NCBI RefSeq assembly: GCF_009914755.1
Contig: NC_060942.1
From: the human T2T-CHM13v2.0 reference genome, Homo sapiens
Length of the DNA stretch: 64,000 nucleotides
Reading direction: 5' to 3' (one strand)
The notes under the pieces were generated by a model that made no database searches, was not told where the DNA came from, and saw only the letters and a list, made by a program, of their open reading frames with translations. Both the position numbers and the translations under genes were made by a program. Position 1 is the stretch's first letter; the number at the start of each line of letters is the position of its first letter. Below, piece after piece: positions 24,941-38,967 of this stretch.

Positions 24941-25434
24941 TGTAGCATAGGATTGGGTGTTGGTACTAGTTACATACAGAGGCTTAGTGTAAGAGTAACT
25001 GAAGCAAGGAAGAGGTACTTCTGTCTCATGTCTAAATCTGGACTTATACAGCTCATGTATGAGGCTGGGGGCTGGTATGGTGGCTCCATGGTTTTCTGGG
25101 ATCTTAGTTGTTCTAACTTTCGTATTTGCTGACTCGGGCTGGTCTTCATCCTCATGGTCTCAAATGAAACTTCAACTATCATATTCGCATTCCACGCAGT
25201 AGGATGGAGGAAGGGTGAAAGAACGGTCATGCTACAGTCCTTTTTAGACACCTATGTGAAGTTACACTCAAGGCTTCCTGTCATATATCAACTAGAACCT
25301 CCAACTAGTCACTCCAAGGGTAACTTGGAACTATATCTTTATTCTAGTGGTCCATGTACCTAGCAAAAATTGGGGGTTCTGTAACTGCTGGAAGGGACAT
25401 GAATATTGGGGGATGTCTTGCAGTGTGCTTCATA
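24941..25434 (-). mobile_element. MLT1J-like solo LTR
   Basis: ggctggtatggtggctccatgg...catcctcatggtctcaaatg...gggggttctgtaactg...gaatattggggg. Confidence 0.65.
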
Positions 25435-25439
25435 TATGT

Positions 25440-25900
25440 TTTAAAATTTTTTTGATATAAATTTAGGGTAACTGCCAATTTTTATTTTAAAAATAGGGAT
25501 TTGGGGGAATTACCTTGAATCTATACAGCAGTTTTTATATTTTAACAATATCAAATCATCTAGTAGCTATTTCTTAGATCCCTCTCTAGTTAGTTAGATA
25601 TTTTAAAATTTTTCTCAGTAATATTTTTTGTTTTTCAATGAAGTTGTCTTACTGCTAAGTTTATTCCTAAAATTTTGTGGGTTTTCTGCTATTATAAAAG
25701 GATGTTTTAACTTACATTTCTAATTGTTTGCTACTAATCTGTAGAAATGCAATTGATTAGATTATGTTGATCTTTTACTTTGCATGCTTATTAAATTTAA
25801 TGTTTTTTAAGATTTCTAAGAATTTTGCCAATAAATAACCATGTAATTTATAAATAGAGGTAGTTTTATTTCTCCCATGCTTCCTGTATCTTAAAAGTAA
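25440..25900 (-). mobile_element. L1ME ORF2 fragment
   Basis: ttgaatctata...tttattcctaaa...gtagaaatgcaattgatt degenerate ORF2. Confidence 0.55.
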
Positions 25901-26054
25901 ACTCCCTGTTGCTTGAGGCCACCTCTGTGCCTTGGTGTGAAAAGAGTGTAAAACACCACTCAGAATCTTCTTGTTTGATTTAATGCCTAATTTGTACCTA
26001 GGTTTCTGCTGTACTGATTGTTTCAGCCAAACTAAACAAAGATTCACTTTGTTT

Positions 26055-26270
26055 CTTCATTTAATAAACCTTAGTGTCTACTATGTACTCTAGGTGTGGT
26101 ACTAGGCATTGTAGACACAAAAGAAAGACACGAAAATGAAATATGTGATCTTTTCCCTCAAGGAGCTCACAGTTTGGCAGAGGCAACTGAATAAGTAAAA
26201 ATAATATAGTATGATAAATGCAGTAATAAAGATCAACATTCAAGGTATAAAGTATACATATACTACTAGA
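26055..26270 (-). mobile_element. L2 3' fragment
   Basis: catttaataaacc...ctactatgt...ccctcaaggagctcacagt. Confidence 0.6.
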
Positions 26271-27529
26271 ATGACAGAAAAGAAGGACTAGTTTTCTGCA
26301 TCTTCCAGCTCTCTTATTTCTTCAAGACACGGGAAATAACTAAGCACTAGCCATCGCAGGGGCACTGTAAGTCCAAATGCAGGTGTTCTTTCTTACAAGA
26401 GTTTTCCAGTTCTTCCTTATTAGTGAACAGAGTAAAAGCTTTCTCTAAACAAATCCCTGAACCTACCACAGTAAAGAGCAATCACATATGTATAATGCTT
26501 TATGTTATAGAAAACTCTTCTCATTACAAACCCAGTTTTCCAGAAATCCAGTTACCCAGTTTTGTCAGACTAAGATTTCTTTTGGCATTTTTAAAATAGC
26601 AGTCTGTGTTTATTGACCTAGCTTGCCACTGGTGGTGTGTTTTACTTTAAATCTTATCCCTCTTTACTTTTCTTCTGCCTTTGTCTTTAGAAAGTTGGTC
26701 TTTGATTGATATTAGTGGTACTGTAGAGGATAGCTATGCTAAGCTTTGATTGAAATGGAATTTTAATACAAAAAAAATTCAGGTCAGTTAAATCTCTGTC
26801 ATTTTATGCAGAATATATGGAATAACATGAGATTAATAGAGCATTGTTCCTGCAGCCCATCTCTTGGGATATGGAAATAGCTTGGCTTTTCAGACCTCAT
26901 GTTTGAGATGGTGTTTGCTCTTGGATAATTTTGCCTGGAGCGCCTTGCTGCCCTTGAGCCTCTTCTGTGTGTGCTGTCATAGTATGTGTTAAATGTAGGA
27001 ATTGAAAGCACTGCTATGCATGATAGTTTACTTAGATTAATTGTAGCTCTAAATTTTGTGTTTTAATTCTTCACTGTCTTGGCATCATAGATGTTGGACA
27101 GTCCAAAAAAAGGAAGTTTTCCTATAAGATAATTATTTTTTAATGGAGGATGGGCACAACATTTCATCAGAAGCATTTGGGAGAAAACAGTGACCAGGAG
27201 ACAGAGTGGATTTTTAAAAAATATTGATTGTAATCAACTGCCCACTCTTTGCTTAGTATTAATACCCTTAGATTCTTTACATTGAAGACATAGGTTTTAA
27301 CACTGACATCCCAAATAATAATTAATGTTTTTACTATTTAAAAATGAAGTTAATCCCTAGGATTTGGTTGTTCTTCAGTATACATTTGATCCTTTTAGAT
27401 CGAGGTTGAAAATAGTTCTGAAAGTCATTTTTTGAGATGAATGGAACACAGATCATTTCAATTTTTTAATTTTTATTATGCCTGGAACCATGAAGATACA
27501 CTTTTATGGATCACAGAGTGTTCAAATTT

Positions 27530-28030
27530 CAAGGAATAGAACAGCTATATAATTTGTGAGGCCATTTTAGACAGAGAAAGCAACACCTGTGCAGACATGG
27601 AAGCCAGAGAAAGCATGACGTAATTGGGCAGCTGGGAGTGGTTGGATGTGAATGAAGAGCAGGGCATGGGAAAGAGGTGCAGAGTGGAACCAGGGTGTGG
27701 TCTCTGCCTAGAAGGCCCTTCTGCAGGATCTTCCTGTGTCTGGCTCCCTGCTCTTCCAGGCTGCTTCTCATTGCCCTGCCTCAGAGAAGCCGTTCCTGAT
27801 CACCTAGGATAAAGTAGCCACCCAGTCACTTGCTAACAAGCCAACTCCTCTTTTTGTTTGTTTATGGAGCGTTCCTTACTGGCTGTCACTTTTTGTTTAT
27901 TGTCTGTGTCCTAGTGCTTTACTATAGTTCCATGAGAGCAGGGACCTTGTCTGTCCTGTTTATTGCTGTAGATCTAGAGCCCAGCATAAAACTGGCATTT
28001 AATAAATGTTTGTGATGGGAATATAAGTGG
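27530..28030. mobile_element. Two L2 fragments, minus (~27530-27715) then plus (~27740-28030)
   Basis: Plus tail gttccatgagagcagggaccttgtctgtcctgtt...aataaatgtttg; purine-rich minus body upstream. Confidence 0.6.
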
Positions 28031-28083
28031 ATTTTTTTATTATGGATTTTGAATTTTCTTCTGTGAGTTAATTGTTCTTAATC

Positions 28084-28567
28084 CAGTAGTTCTCTAAACC
28101 CTTTTACACTTTTAGAAATTACTGAAGACCCCGAAGAGTTTGTTTTGTGGGTTCATATGTATTGATATTTACCAAATTAAAGATAACCTAGACATTTAAA
28201 AATAATTTATTTAAAATAATAGACTTGTGATATGTTAATATAAACATTTTTATGAAAAATAACTTTTCCAAAACAAAAAAAGTGAGAAGTGTGGCATTAT
28301 CTGACATTTGTGTAAATCCCATTAGTGTCTGGCTTCTCATAGCTGGATTCTCATACCCTCTTTTTTCCATTCAGTCTATTGATACTGCATATCATGTAGC
28401 CTCTGGACCTCAGCCACATGCTTAGGAGGGAATGACAGTAAACAGGCAAATGGTGACTTGGCATAGTATAAAAATAGTCTTGACCTTGCAGACCCCTTGA
28501 AAGGGTCTTGATGACCCCTTGAGTTGGATAGGGTGGGGGTCTTTGTACTACATTTTCAGAACTGCTG
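28084..28567. mobile_element. MER119-like hAT-Charlie element
   Basis: cagtagttctc...ccccttttacacttttagaaattactgaagaccccgaagag...cttgaccttgcagacccc...tcagaactgctg. Confidence 0.75.
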
Positions 28568-30059
28568 CTGTAGGTGGATGATTTTCAAACTTTTTAGTAG
28601 CAGGAGTATATTTTCAAATATCTCCTAACAAGTTCCAATGCATAGAAAAGATAAAGGTGGAGCTGTTTTGGTTAAAGTGCATATGTGGTGGGAATACGGA
28701 TTCGGGAGCAGGGGAAGGTCCCTGGAGCCATGCTTTCCCTTTTTTTCTCATTTTTTGGCTGAGCTACTAAATTGGCCAAGGGATTGATACCTCTAAGGCA
28801 GGAATACTGTGTGAGAGAAAGTGAGGCAGTTGAACATACTGCAGAGACTTTCCACCCTGTGCCATAGTTTAACTTTCAGGTATTTTATTTAATAGCTTTT
28901 TAATATTTTATATAAGTCAGTAAGAAAATTTGCTATAATTTGCAGCAACCTTAGAGAAATATTTATGTAATCGAATGTTATCTAACTCAGGTTTTTAAAA
29001 GACAATTTGCTCTCTTTATACATCTGAGAGTATGTAAAATAAAATTCAATCAAGGTCCAATACGTAATCAGACAAAAGTAAGGATGTGGAGGAAGTTTAA
29101 TATTGGGAATTGGTAATCTAATTGTATGTGCCAAATGCAGGAGGAATTCTCATGGTCTTGAGAGTGGAGGGAATGGCAGCTGGCCAGAGGCTGCCTAGAG
29201 CTTGGACCCTGTGTTAGGCAGCACCACCACCAGCTAATGGTAATACGTTGTTGTGGTAAATGCAGTGTTTGACTGCCTTGGGAAACATTCTTAACTCAGT
29301 CTGTTTTGTTTCTGTGTAAAACTGTTTCTAATCTTTTTTGTCTTGAAAAAAGGATCCTGACAAAAGTTTCCCACAAAGCTTCTGTTTTTACACAAAAATC
29401 CTGTCTCTAAATTTGTAGGCCTTGCCCTTTGGGAGTTTTATCTGACAGGCAATATAAAGTGTCCTCATTACCATCATTATTTATTACCTGTATCATTAAA
29501 AAAGACATCATTTATTATATGTAATTATATCACAGTGTTTATATAAAATATGAGCTCTAGCTTTGTTGTCTACATTTTAAGAGAAGGAAAAATTGAGAGA
29601 TAAAGGGAAAAGTAATGAAAATAATTATAAGGCTGCAAAATACTGTCTTAGGTTTGGATTTAAATATTTTTAAGATGTGATTTAATAACTTCACACATGA
29701 TTCTTATGAAAAGAGAAAAAACCTGTTTTAATGAGTTAAAAATAGGGTACATCTCCATGAAAGATAGAAGGAGATATAATTGGACAATTTGCCTTCTGGA
29801 TTAGGTTTAAAATTCAAAAGAACTGCCTAATAGTGATACTAATTAAATTCTAATTATCTTTAGAAATGTGAAAGATAAGTCTGCTAATTTAACCATTTTT
29901 TCAGTAAAAGCTTCACTCTAAGCCTATCGTGTTTATTTTTATATTTGTTTAATTTTTTTGAACAAATAGCATCATAAATTTTTTAGCATTTCCAATTAAT
30001 ATTAAAGTGTGCCCCAATTTCTTTGAAGTAGATGGAGTCATGTAGTATTAACCTTTCTA

Positions 30060-30378
<319 letters not shown>

Positions 30379-30499
30379 TCACACCAGGAGAGGAGGAAAG
30401 TACCCATAGTTTCTTAAAATTTTATGTTTAAAAAAATTAATCAGTGGTATGTTATAGGGAAGTAAGAAATGTTTTAGTAATAGCTACCTTGTTTAAGAT

Positions 30500-30722
30500 C
30501 GCAGCTCCTCTCCACCAGGCACTCATGGTCCTCCCTACCTGACTACTCAATTTTTCTTTCTTTCCATTGCAATACCTTCTGTGCTATAATCTAGTTTACT
30601 TATGTTTATTATTTCCTGTCTCCTACTCTGCTCCTACAGAAGTGCTTTGAATGCATTGATCTTTGTTTAGTTTACTGATACGTACTGAGTGCCTAGAATA
30701 TATTTGTTAATTCAATGAATTG
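30500..30722 (+). mobile_element. L2 3' fragment
   Basis: gagtgcctagaatatatttgttaattcaatgaat tail. Confidence 0.55.
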
Positions 30723-30799
30723 TTTTTCCTTTGGCTTCTAGAAGTGGATGTACATTTCTTTTGGGGAAAAATACTCAGCAGACTATTCAAAACTTTAAG

Positions 30800-33690
30800 A
30801 GGCTTCTGTTTCTGGCAGCGTGGCAGAGTAGAGGTTAAAAAAAAGGTCCCACATTATGAAATGTTAAAAATACTGGACTTAATATTCAAAATATCTTTTA
30901 AATGCATCGTTGAGCTGACAAGAGGTAAGGAAACTTTCCAGAGGCCCAGAACAAGAAATCTTGAATCCAGGGAGGTAAGTTAGTAGTGATACTGGCTCCC
31001 GTGCTGAGGGTTCTGGTATTTGTAAGTCCTTCAAAACCCAGAACTTTGGCTTTTGCAGGGTGGCCATAGGGTACCAGACGGTGTCTAGGGATCAAGCAGT
31101 TGCTAAGTAAGATCCAGAGACCTTTGTGTAAAGCTGAAGCTCCCTGAAAGCTGTCAGTGGGTTTAACTAGGAAAAAGCAAAAAACCTATCCCTCAGTGGT
31201 TGGAAAAGTATAGGGTAGGGAGCATAGGAACAAGGTTGCCTGTTTCAGCTTTTCACTGGAAGGGTAAAATAACCTTCCCCGAAAAATTATAACTGCAGTT
31301 CCACTCTAACTGGATTTGGGGTTGAAGTTCATACTACCTTAATGGTGGGGGAAAAAAAAACAACCAAGCCAAGAATTTAGTGAAAAGTAGTCTCAGTCTC
31401 AGGACTGAGAATCAAATGAAATCCTCACTGGAGAAATACAGGAACACAGGCCTCAGAGAATTGACACAGGTAAAGTTTCTTCCTAGAAATGCATTCACAA
31501 TTTAAAAAACCAAAAACACTTTATATAAACCATGAGTTAATCAGCAGAGCAAGGAGACCGTGTAATCAGGCATTCAAACATTGCAGATATTGTAGTTGTC
31601 AGATATGTAATATAAGATAAATGCTTAATATGTTTAGAGAGTATAAAATACGGCTAAAGAGCAAAAGACTATCAAAAATAATTAGGCAAGTTGAATTCAG
31701 CAGTGTATAAAGGAAATACTGGATATTGAACAAAGGGTTTATTCCAGGAAGGCGAGCTTGGTTCTGCATTAGAAGGACTATTAATGTAATTATCGACACA
31801 AGCAGTTTAAAGTTAAAAAAACCATATCATCCTAAAATATACAGAAAAAGAATTTATTAAAATTCATCTCTCTTTTATGGTAAAAACTCATAACAAACTA
31901 AGAACAGAAGGGAAATTCTGTAACCTGACAAAGGGCATCTGTGAAAAACCTACAGCAAACATAGTATTTGATAGAGAAACATTAATGGTATTCCTTTGAA
32001 AAACAGCAGCGATATAAAGATGCCCACTGTTACCCTGCCTCTTCACAATTGCACTGGAGATATGAGTTAGTGCAGTAAAGCAACAAAGAGCTACAGGGCT
32101 ATGAGGAATGAACAGAATGGTCATTCCTTAGAGTGAATATAAGTACCTTCATAGAAAATTCAGGAGTTTATTAAGTTGCGAATATATGATTGATATAGTA
32201 AAATTTAAGGACTAACATCCAGAATCTGCAAGGAATGCCAATTAATCAACAAGAAGATCATTATGGTAAAGTCAGTTCTATTACTCTAAACTAGCAGCAT
32301 ACAATAATAAATGTAATAAAAATATTTCTCAATAGTAAAAAAAATAAAAAGCCACCTAGGAATAAATAGAAAAAGAGAGGGCAAGATCTTTAAATAGAAA
32401 GGTATAGAAATATATCGAAGGACATTAAGAAGACCTAAATAAATGTGACGACATACCATGTTCATAGAAAGAAGGTTTCCTATAAACGTATCAATTAATC
32501 TGTCTTTAATATATGAATTTATTGCTATTAAAAAAAACACCCAGCAGGGTATGGTTTTGTTTGTTTTTGTGGAATTTGACCAGTTAATTCTAAAATTTAT
32601 TTGGAAATACAAAGGGTCAAGAATGGCTAAGACATTCCTGAAGCAAGTACTTGTCTTACAAGATTTTAAGATAGTGTAAAACTTTAATCATTGAGATGGC
32701 ATAATATTTGGACAAGCATAGACAAATAGATAATGGAAGGAAGTTAAGGCAAAAACCAGAACTCTAAGTACGTGGAAAGCTAATACATGACAGAGCTAAT
32801 GTTACAAATCAAGGAAATGGAATACGTTTTAAATGGTTGGGATTCTTAGCCACATTTTAAAAAATGGTTTTTACTAACACTGTATTAAAAAAAGCAGTTT
32901 CAGATGGATTAAAGACTAGATTGTGAAAGGCAAAACTTAAGCCTCCAGAATAAAATATTAGAGAGTATTTTAGACCTCAGGCTTTGGAAGCCAAAAACAC
33001 AATTGTTGAAGGAAAAGGTTTATTAATTTGGCTGTACTAAAATTAAGATCTCTTGGGTTTTGTGTGCATGGAAAGGAGAGTGTAAAGACTAGTCACAAAT
33101 ACACAAGTAGAATATATTTTGCATACAAAGGATAAGGATTTTTAGAATCAGTAATGCACACACCCATATGTCAGTACGCATACATACGTAAGTGTGAAAA
33201 CAGTTAATGGCAGAAGAAAGCAAGAGCTGTTTCTTAGGAGAAAAATGAATAGCCAGTAAACAGTTGTTTTCAGGGAAATACAAATTAAAGCTACATTGAC
33301 AAAATTGTAAAAGTTGGACATTGTCAAGTATACCACTGCACTACTCCATGGCAGAGGTTGGCAGACTTTTCTGTAAAGGGCCAGATAGTAAGTATTTTAG
33401 CCTTTGCAGGCCGTACAGTCTCTGTAAAGGCCAACAACTTTGACGTTGTAGTGCAAAAGCAGCTGTAAACCATATATAAATGAATGAGAGTGGCTGCATT
33501 CCCATAAAATTTTATTTACAAAAATACTAGTTTGCCACCCCTTGCTCTATGACACCAAAGTTAGTGAACTACATCAATATGGATGAGTCTTAAAAACGTA
33601 ATGTTGGATTTAAAAGGTAGCAGAAGAATACATTATAATATGATTTAATTTATGTAAATTGCAGAGGTAGACAAGGTAAAGGATACAGGT
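30800..33690 (+). mobile_element. Old L1ME element, degenerate and internally deleted
   Basis: gggtttattccaggaa, aaaacctacagcaaacat, ctaaaatttatttggaaa and peptide remnant EFDQLILKFIWKYKGSRMAK. Confidence 0.75.
33352..33544. mobile_element. MER58A hAT MITE
   Basis: cagaggttggcagacttttctgtaaagggccagatagtaa...tttgccaccccttg; TSD ctccatgg/ctctatga. Confidence 0.9.
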
Positions 33691-33699
33691 TTGTGGGTT

Positions 33700-33920
33700 T
33701 CATCATAGTTGCTGGGACCTGACTAATTTTGAATTCTGGCCTTGACATGTATAGTCTATGTGACGCTGGCCAAATTACCTAACTTTTTAAAGTGTCAGTT
33801 TTCCTATCTGTAAGATGGTGTGCATAATAGTACCTGGCTTACTGGGTTGTTGGGAGTATTGTTATACAGTGCCCATCAAAGTGCTCAGCACACAGTAAGT
33901 GCTTGGTAATTGTTGTTATG
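33700..33920 (+). mobile_element. MIR
   Basis: tgtgacgctggccaaattacctaac...tcagttttcctatctgtaagatgg...aaagtgctcagcacacagtaagtgct. Confidence 0.8.
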
Positions 33921-34838
33921 CTTTTATTCTCCTGTTTAATTTATATCTCTATTAAAAGAAATATAGCTGTTATTGCTTTGGACACTGGGTGTTTTTTTTA
34001 TCTGACCTGCATTGCATATGGCTAATGAGAAGTACTAAGGCTTGCATATCCTCACCTGAAGTCTTGAGTAATGTTTGATTCCTTTTGCTTAGCACAGGTT
34101 GTAAAACCTTCTAGTGTTTTAGTGTTGTGTTTTAATCTCCACATTCATGGTAGCTTGCTGAATACTTGGCAGAAACAGCTTCCAGTGTCACGTAATCTTT
34201 CTCTGTGGCAGTTAGCATCGTCTCAGACTCCTTTTTCAGAGCTCTCTCCTCCTTTGTATTGGCACCACTCTTCAAATTCTGTGACTTCTCAGACCTTCCA
34301 GTCCTCTAGTATGGTCCACCCCTCAAACTTCTGACTCTTCAGCTTCCTCAGCTGAAAATGAAGATAAAACCCACTTGAAAGGGTTGTTATTAGGATAAAA
34401 TTCTCTCTCTAATGCCTAAGCCACTGAGGAACCCTGTAACCATAGATCCTGACTCATTTATGCCAGAGTGAGGTGTGGTATGAAAACAAACAAAACTTTA
34501 TGAGTAGTTCCTTCCCCATTTGAGCAGCAGTGACGGGTGAATGTAATGCAAGCGGCGCATTGCAGGCATTCAGACAGCTCCCCCCTCCATTTCCTGTCTG
34601 TGGCTACTGTTCTCTAGACTCTTCTCTCACACCACCAAGAATCATTTATTACAGGTATTTATATTGACCATTTCCTCCCTAAGGACAGTGATGTTGTCTA
34701 ACTCATCTTTGTTCTCATATGGTCTGGTAAAATGCTTGGCATATAGTAGGGCAGTTAACAAATTTGTTAAGTGAACAAATGTCTACTATATGCCTTGCTT
34801 TTGTTCACAGAACACCAGTGTATGCAGTATTTGGCCTG

Positions 34839-34878
34839 CCAAAGTAAGATGTTAAATCCAAAGTAAGATGTTAAATCC
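34839..34878. repeat. Perfect 19-bp tandem duplication
   Basis: ccaaagtaagatgttaaat x2 + cc. Confidence 0.95.
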
Positions 34879-34919
34879 TAATTTAGCGTTTAGCTATCTG
34901 AAACACGTTTAAAAGTTAC

Positions 34920-35340
34920 TTCTTTGTTTTAACATCATATTTCGAGAAATTCTAACATATATAAAAGTAGACAGAACAGTGAAACGAGCCCTCTTAAACC
35001 TGTATCCATTCTCCAGATTCAGCAAACACATTTTCCCACTTGTGTTCCACCTCTCAATCTAACCTCACTCCCCTGCTCTTAAGCCCAAGTATTTTAAAGC
35101 AATGGAAGACATCATGTCATTTTACCTCTAACATTCTTCAGTATAGATCCTTTAAAATGAGAACATTTTGAATATGACCACAATGCTGTTAACATTCCTA
35201 ATTAACAGTGATTGCTTAGTAGCATCTGTAACCCAGTTCATAATCATATTTCCTCAGTGGTCCCTAAAGTGTCTTTTTAAGTTGATTTGTAGATTCAAAA
35301 CTCAAAACAAGATCAACATAGCACATTTAGTTTTTTTAAA
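34920..35340 (-). mobile_element. L1MC5-like 3' end fragment
   Basis: aaaagtagacagaacagtgaaacg...agtattttaaagcaa...gacatcatgtcattt. Confidence 0.6.
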
Positions 35341-37470
35341 AAAGCTTTCCTTAAAAAAATAAAAACAATACCTATTTTAAAAATTATTTCTCTCCCTTTC
35401 TCTTCTTCTTTTCTTTTCGATAACTCTTCAGATTAGGGTTCTTTATAATGAAACCATAAACTTTGCTCTAGCAGATAAAGGTTTCATCTTTTAAGACTGC
35501 TTTGCTGTTCTTTTTTTTTTTTTTTGATAGCCAAGCACTTAACATGTATAGAGAGCACTACTGCAGTTAACAGCACAGCAAAATGCAAAACTGTTAACTG
35601 CTCTGATTTTTCTTGTGCAATGAGATAGCATTATGTGCAGTACCATTAGGAAAATAATTTTACATCATTTTCATTCATAATTAACATTATTTACATTAAA
35701 TGTAGTCTAAACCTGTAAAATAATCTTGTATTCATTAAAAAGTATATATTCTTTGGTATGTTTAGTTTAAATACATCTTTAAAAAATTTTAGTTATTCCT
35801 CTTGAATTTATGGTTAGGGTCTCAAGAAGGAAGCTTGAGACTAGACTGTAATGTGTGTTTGAAAAAGACTGCTCATGGATGAACTTAATTCTTAAATTCT
35901 CTAAAGCTCAAGTGGAGAAATGACATCTGCAAAAAATTTATCTTTTAGTTGCATTATGGGTAATAAAGACAAACATGTGTAACTGTTTAGTGTATTTAAA
36001 AGAAAAGGAGAGATAACCCAAGTGATTAGAGGTTTTAGTAGAATAGTTTTGAGAATTAGAATTTTAAAAAATAATACAAAAGAAATGTTTGAGTTATTGA
36101 TGTGAATTAAATAGCAGGTTTATTTCAGAGTTTTTTTTTTCCAACAATTTACTTAACTTTCCTATTACATTGTTAAGTAAAATGTCAACTTAATTGTACT
36201 GCACTGTTTTTGTTTGTTTGTTTGTTCTGAGAGCAGGAAGCAAATCCTATAATCAGCCCTCCAAAGAGCTGAAACAAATATGAAGAAAAGGCGCTTGAGG
36301 TCATCCCCTAGAATGGATCTTAACTGATAGCAATGCAGAAGCAGCCTGAGACTACAGGGCAGACCGAGTTGAGGGAGGGAGGCAGAGAATAGCTTTTCAC
36401 AGGAAAATCAGCAGGCAAGAATGCAAAACAATCACTAACGCTATAAACTAAGAGACGTTAAATGACATTAGGGAGAGACTAGTAAGAGAGAAACCAAGTT
36501 AGAAAACACAGCAACTTAAAAACCGATATGCCAAATTACTGATTAGTTAAGGAAAAAAGGAAGGGTATGGTTGTTTTGCAGTGTGTGGTACCTGCGATAA
36601 ATCTGTAAGGTAGAATTTGTGACTAACCAGAACACTGTCTTTCTGTAACATGCTAATATATGTTTTGTTTTGTTTTTTCAATGGTAACTAAATATTTCAG
36701 GCTATTATTAGGGCCAAAAATCTAAAATCTACCCCTAACTCAAGTTTTGGTTTTTATTTGTTCTGTTGAGCAAATCTGAAAACTTTTTAGATCTCAAAAG
36801 GTCGCTTAAGTTAGTAACCTAGTAACATCAGACAGTGTATTAAGGAAAGCAATTCTCAAAAGAACCTTCATGCTTACAAATGTAAAAAAAAGAATTTCAT
36901 CTAAGGGTACTACTGTCCTTTGAGATTTTTTTTCTTCTTTTTCTCCTCACAGATGATCCAGTTATACAGGAGGAAAAGTATGGCACTGAGCTCTGGGGAA
37001 TGCATGGAAAAAAAAATTGGGAAAAGGGAGTGACAACAGAGATTTCCATTTAGTCTGCAAATTGTTTTTGGTCTTTCTCATCCATAGTCCAGCGCCAAGA
37101 GACTGTGGGATCATACAGTCTTGTTTGTGATCCAAACTGGCAGTGGCAGTACTGATGACAACAGTGTAGTAACTGTCTGCGCTCAGTAGTGTCGTTGGCA
37201 AGCTTCTAGTGAATTCTTTATCCACTCTGGTGGGCCACCTCATAGAGTATACATGTTGTCTCTGCGTTTTAACTTGATCTGTGGACCAACAGTTGTTTGT
37301 GGGTAACATTTGAGAATCTCTGTTTAAAGTCTAGGAAGTAAAAGGTTTTTTTAAATAAAAAATGTAAAGCCTATTCAAAAGTACAGTTAGCAGAAGATAA
37401 AGAACAAGCCATGAAACCACCTCTCCTCTGAGTCTTGTCTTATTTTTCTATTTTGACCGATTTCCTTCTG

Positions 37471-37933
37471 TGTTTGTTAGCATTAGGTTTGGCAGCATCG
37501 CAAAGGTCCCTGTATTCCCTCTTCCCCCACAAAAAGGTGCTTTAAACAAGATAGAGGTTTTTTCCTCTCAGGATATGGCAGCTATGTGGTCAGCAAAGAC
37601 CCAGCTCCTATCTTTCTGTGTTGCAGTCTTTAGCTTATGACTTTCCTTCTCAGGGTTATCTCCTGGTTGCAAAGAAGGTCCTTGCAGCTCCATCCGTTGT
37701 GTTTGTTTTTCAGGCAGCAGAATCGAGGGGTGAGGGCAAAATGGCCCTTCTCTCTGTGAAGTTGGTCCCTTTAAAAATCTTTCCCATATTCCCACCCACT
37801 GATTTCTGATATTGGCCAACCTAATCTTCAAGGCAGGCCAGAAGATGTAAATTGCCACTTTTAGTAATACAGCAGTTTGATTTGTAAAAAAAGAAGAGGA
37901 AACTATTGAATGAACAACTAGCAGTCAGCCATA
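37471..37933 (-). mobile_element. MLT1J-like solo LTR
   Basis: tgtttgttagcattaggtttggcagcat...tttaaacaagatagaggtt...aactagcagtcagccata. Confidence 0.7.
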
Positions 37934-38649
37934 ATTTAGATCTTTTATATAAAATAATTTCTGATATAGTTGAAGCCCTTCCCTTCCTCCCTCCTCAGAA
38001 ACAACCACTAGTAAGAATTTGGTGTATTATCCTCATGCATATTATTCTCTACAGTGTTTGTGTCCATAAGCAGTCTGTTTTATTTTAATATGTTTTAAAG
38101 CTGTATATTAATGGAACATATTGTACATATTCTGTAAATCACTTTTGTCTCATTCATCATTGTTTACTGATAATGATGCACATAATTCTAGTTTATTCGT
38201 TTTTCCTGCTATATAGTAGTCTATTGTATAGTTCATGTGTACATTTAGGTTGTTACTTTTTTTTTTTTTGGTCATTATAAACAATCCTGCAATCATGTCT
38301 CTTTATACTCATGTGTAAGAGTTTCTCCAGGGACTGTACCTAGAAGTGAAATTAGTGAGTGATAGGGTAGTGCTTTCTTCAGCTTTATGAGATACTTATT
38401 GCCAGATTGCTCTCCAAAGTGGCCGTGCCAAATTACACTTGGAACAACAGTGTGTGAGTGTCCCATTTCCTTATTTCTTACTAGTTGTGTTTTTGCCAGT
38501 TTGATGAGGTCAGATTCATTTTCCTGAGTACTACGGAGATTGAGCATATTTTTATGTTGTCTTATATGTTCCATGTTTATGATTCTTTGTCTATGATTTG
38601 CCCGTTCATATCTTTGGCCATTTTTCAATTGTGTGTGTTTTTGTTGTTT

Positions 38650-38967
<318 letters not shown>

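Noticed and set aside
24689-25132. 147-aa ORF on +
   Set aside because: Starts at TTG, has no recognisable domain and runs into an MLT1 LTR.
36962-37309. 115-aa ORF on minus in unique sequence
   Set aside because: No recognisable homology or gene structure; the length is compatible with chance.
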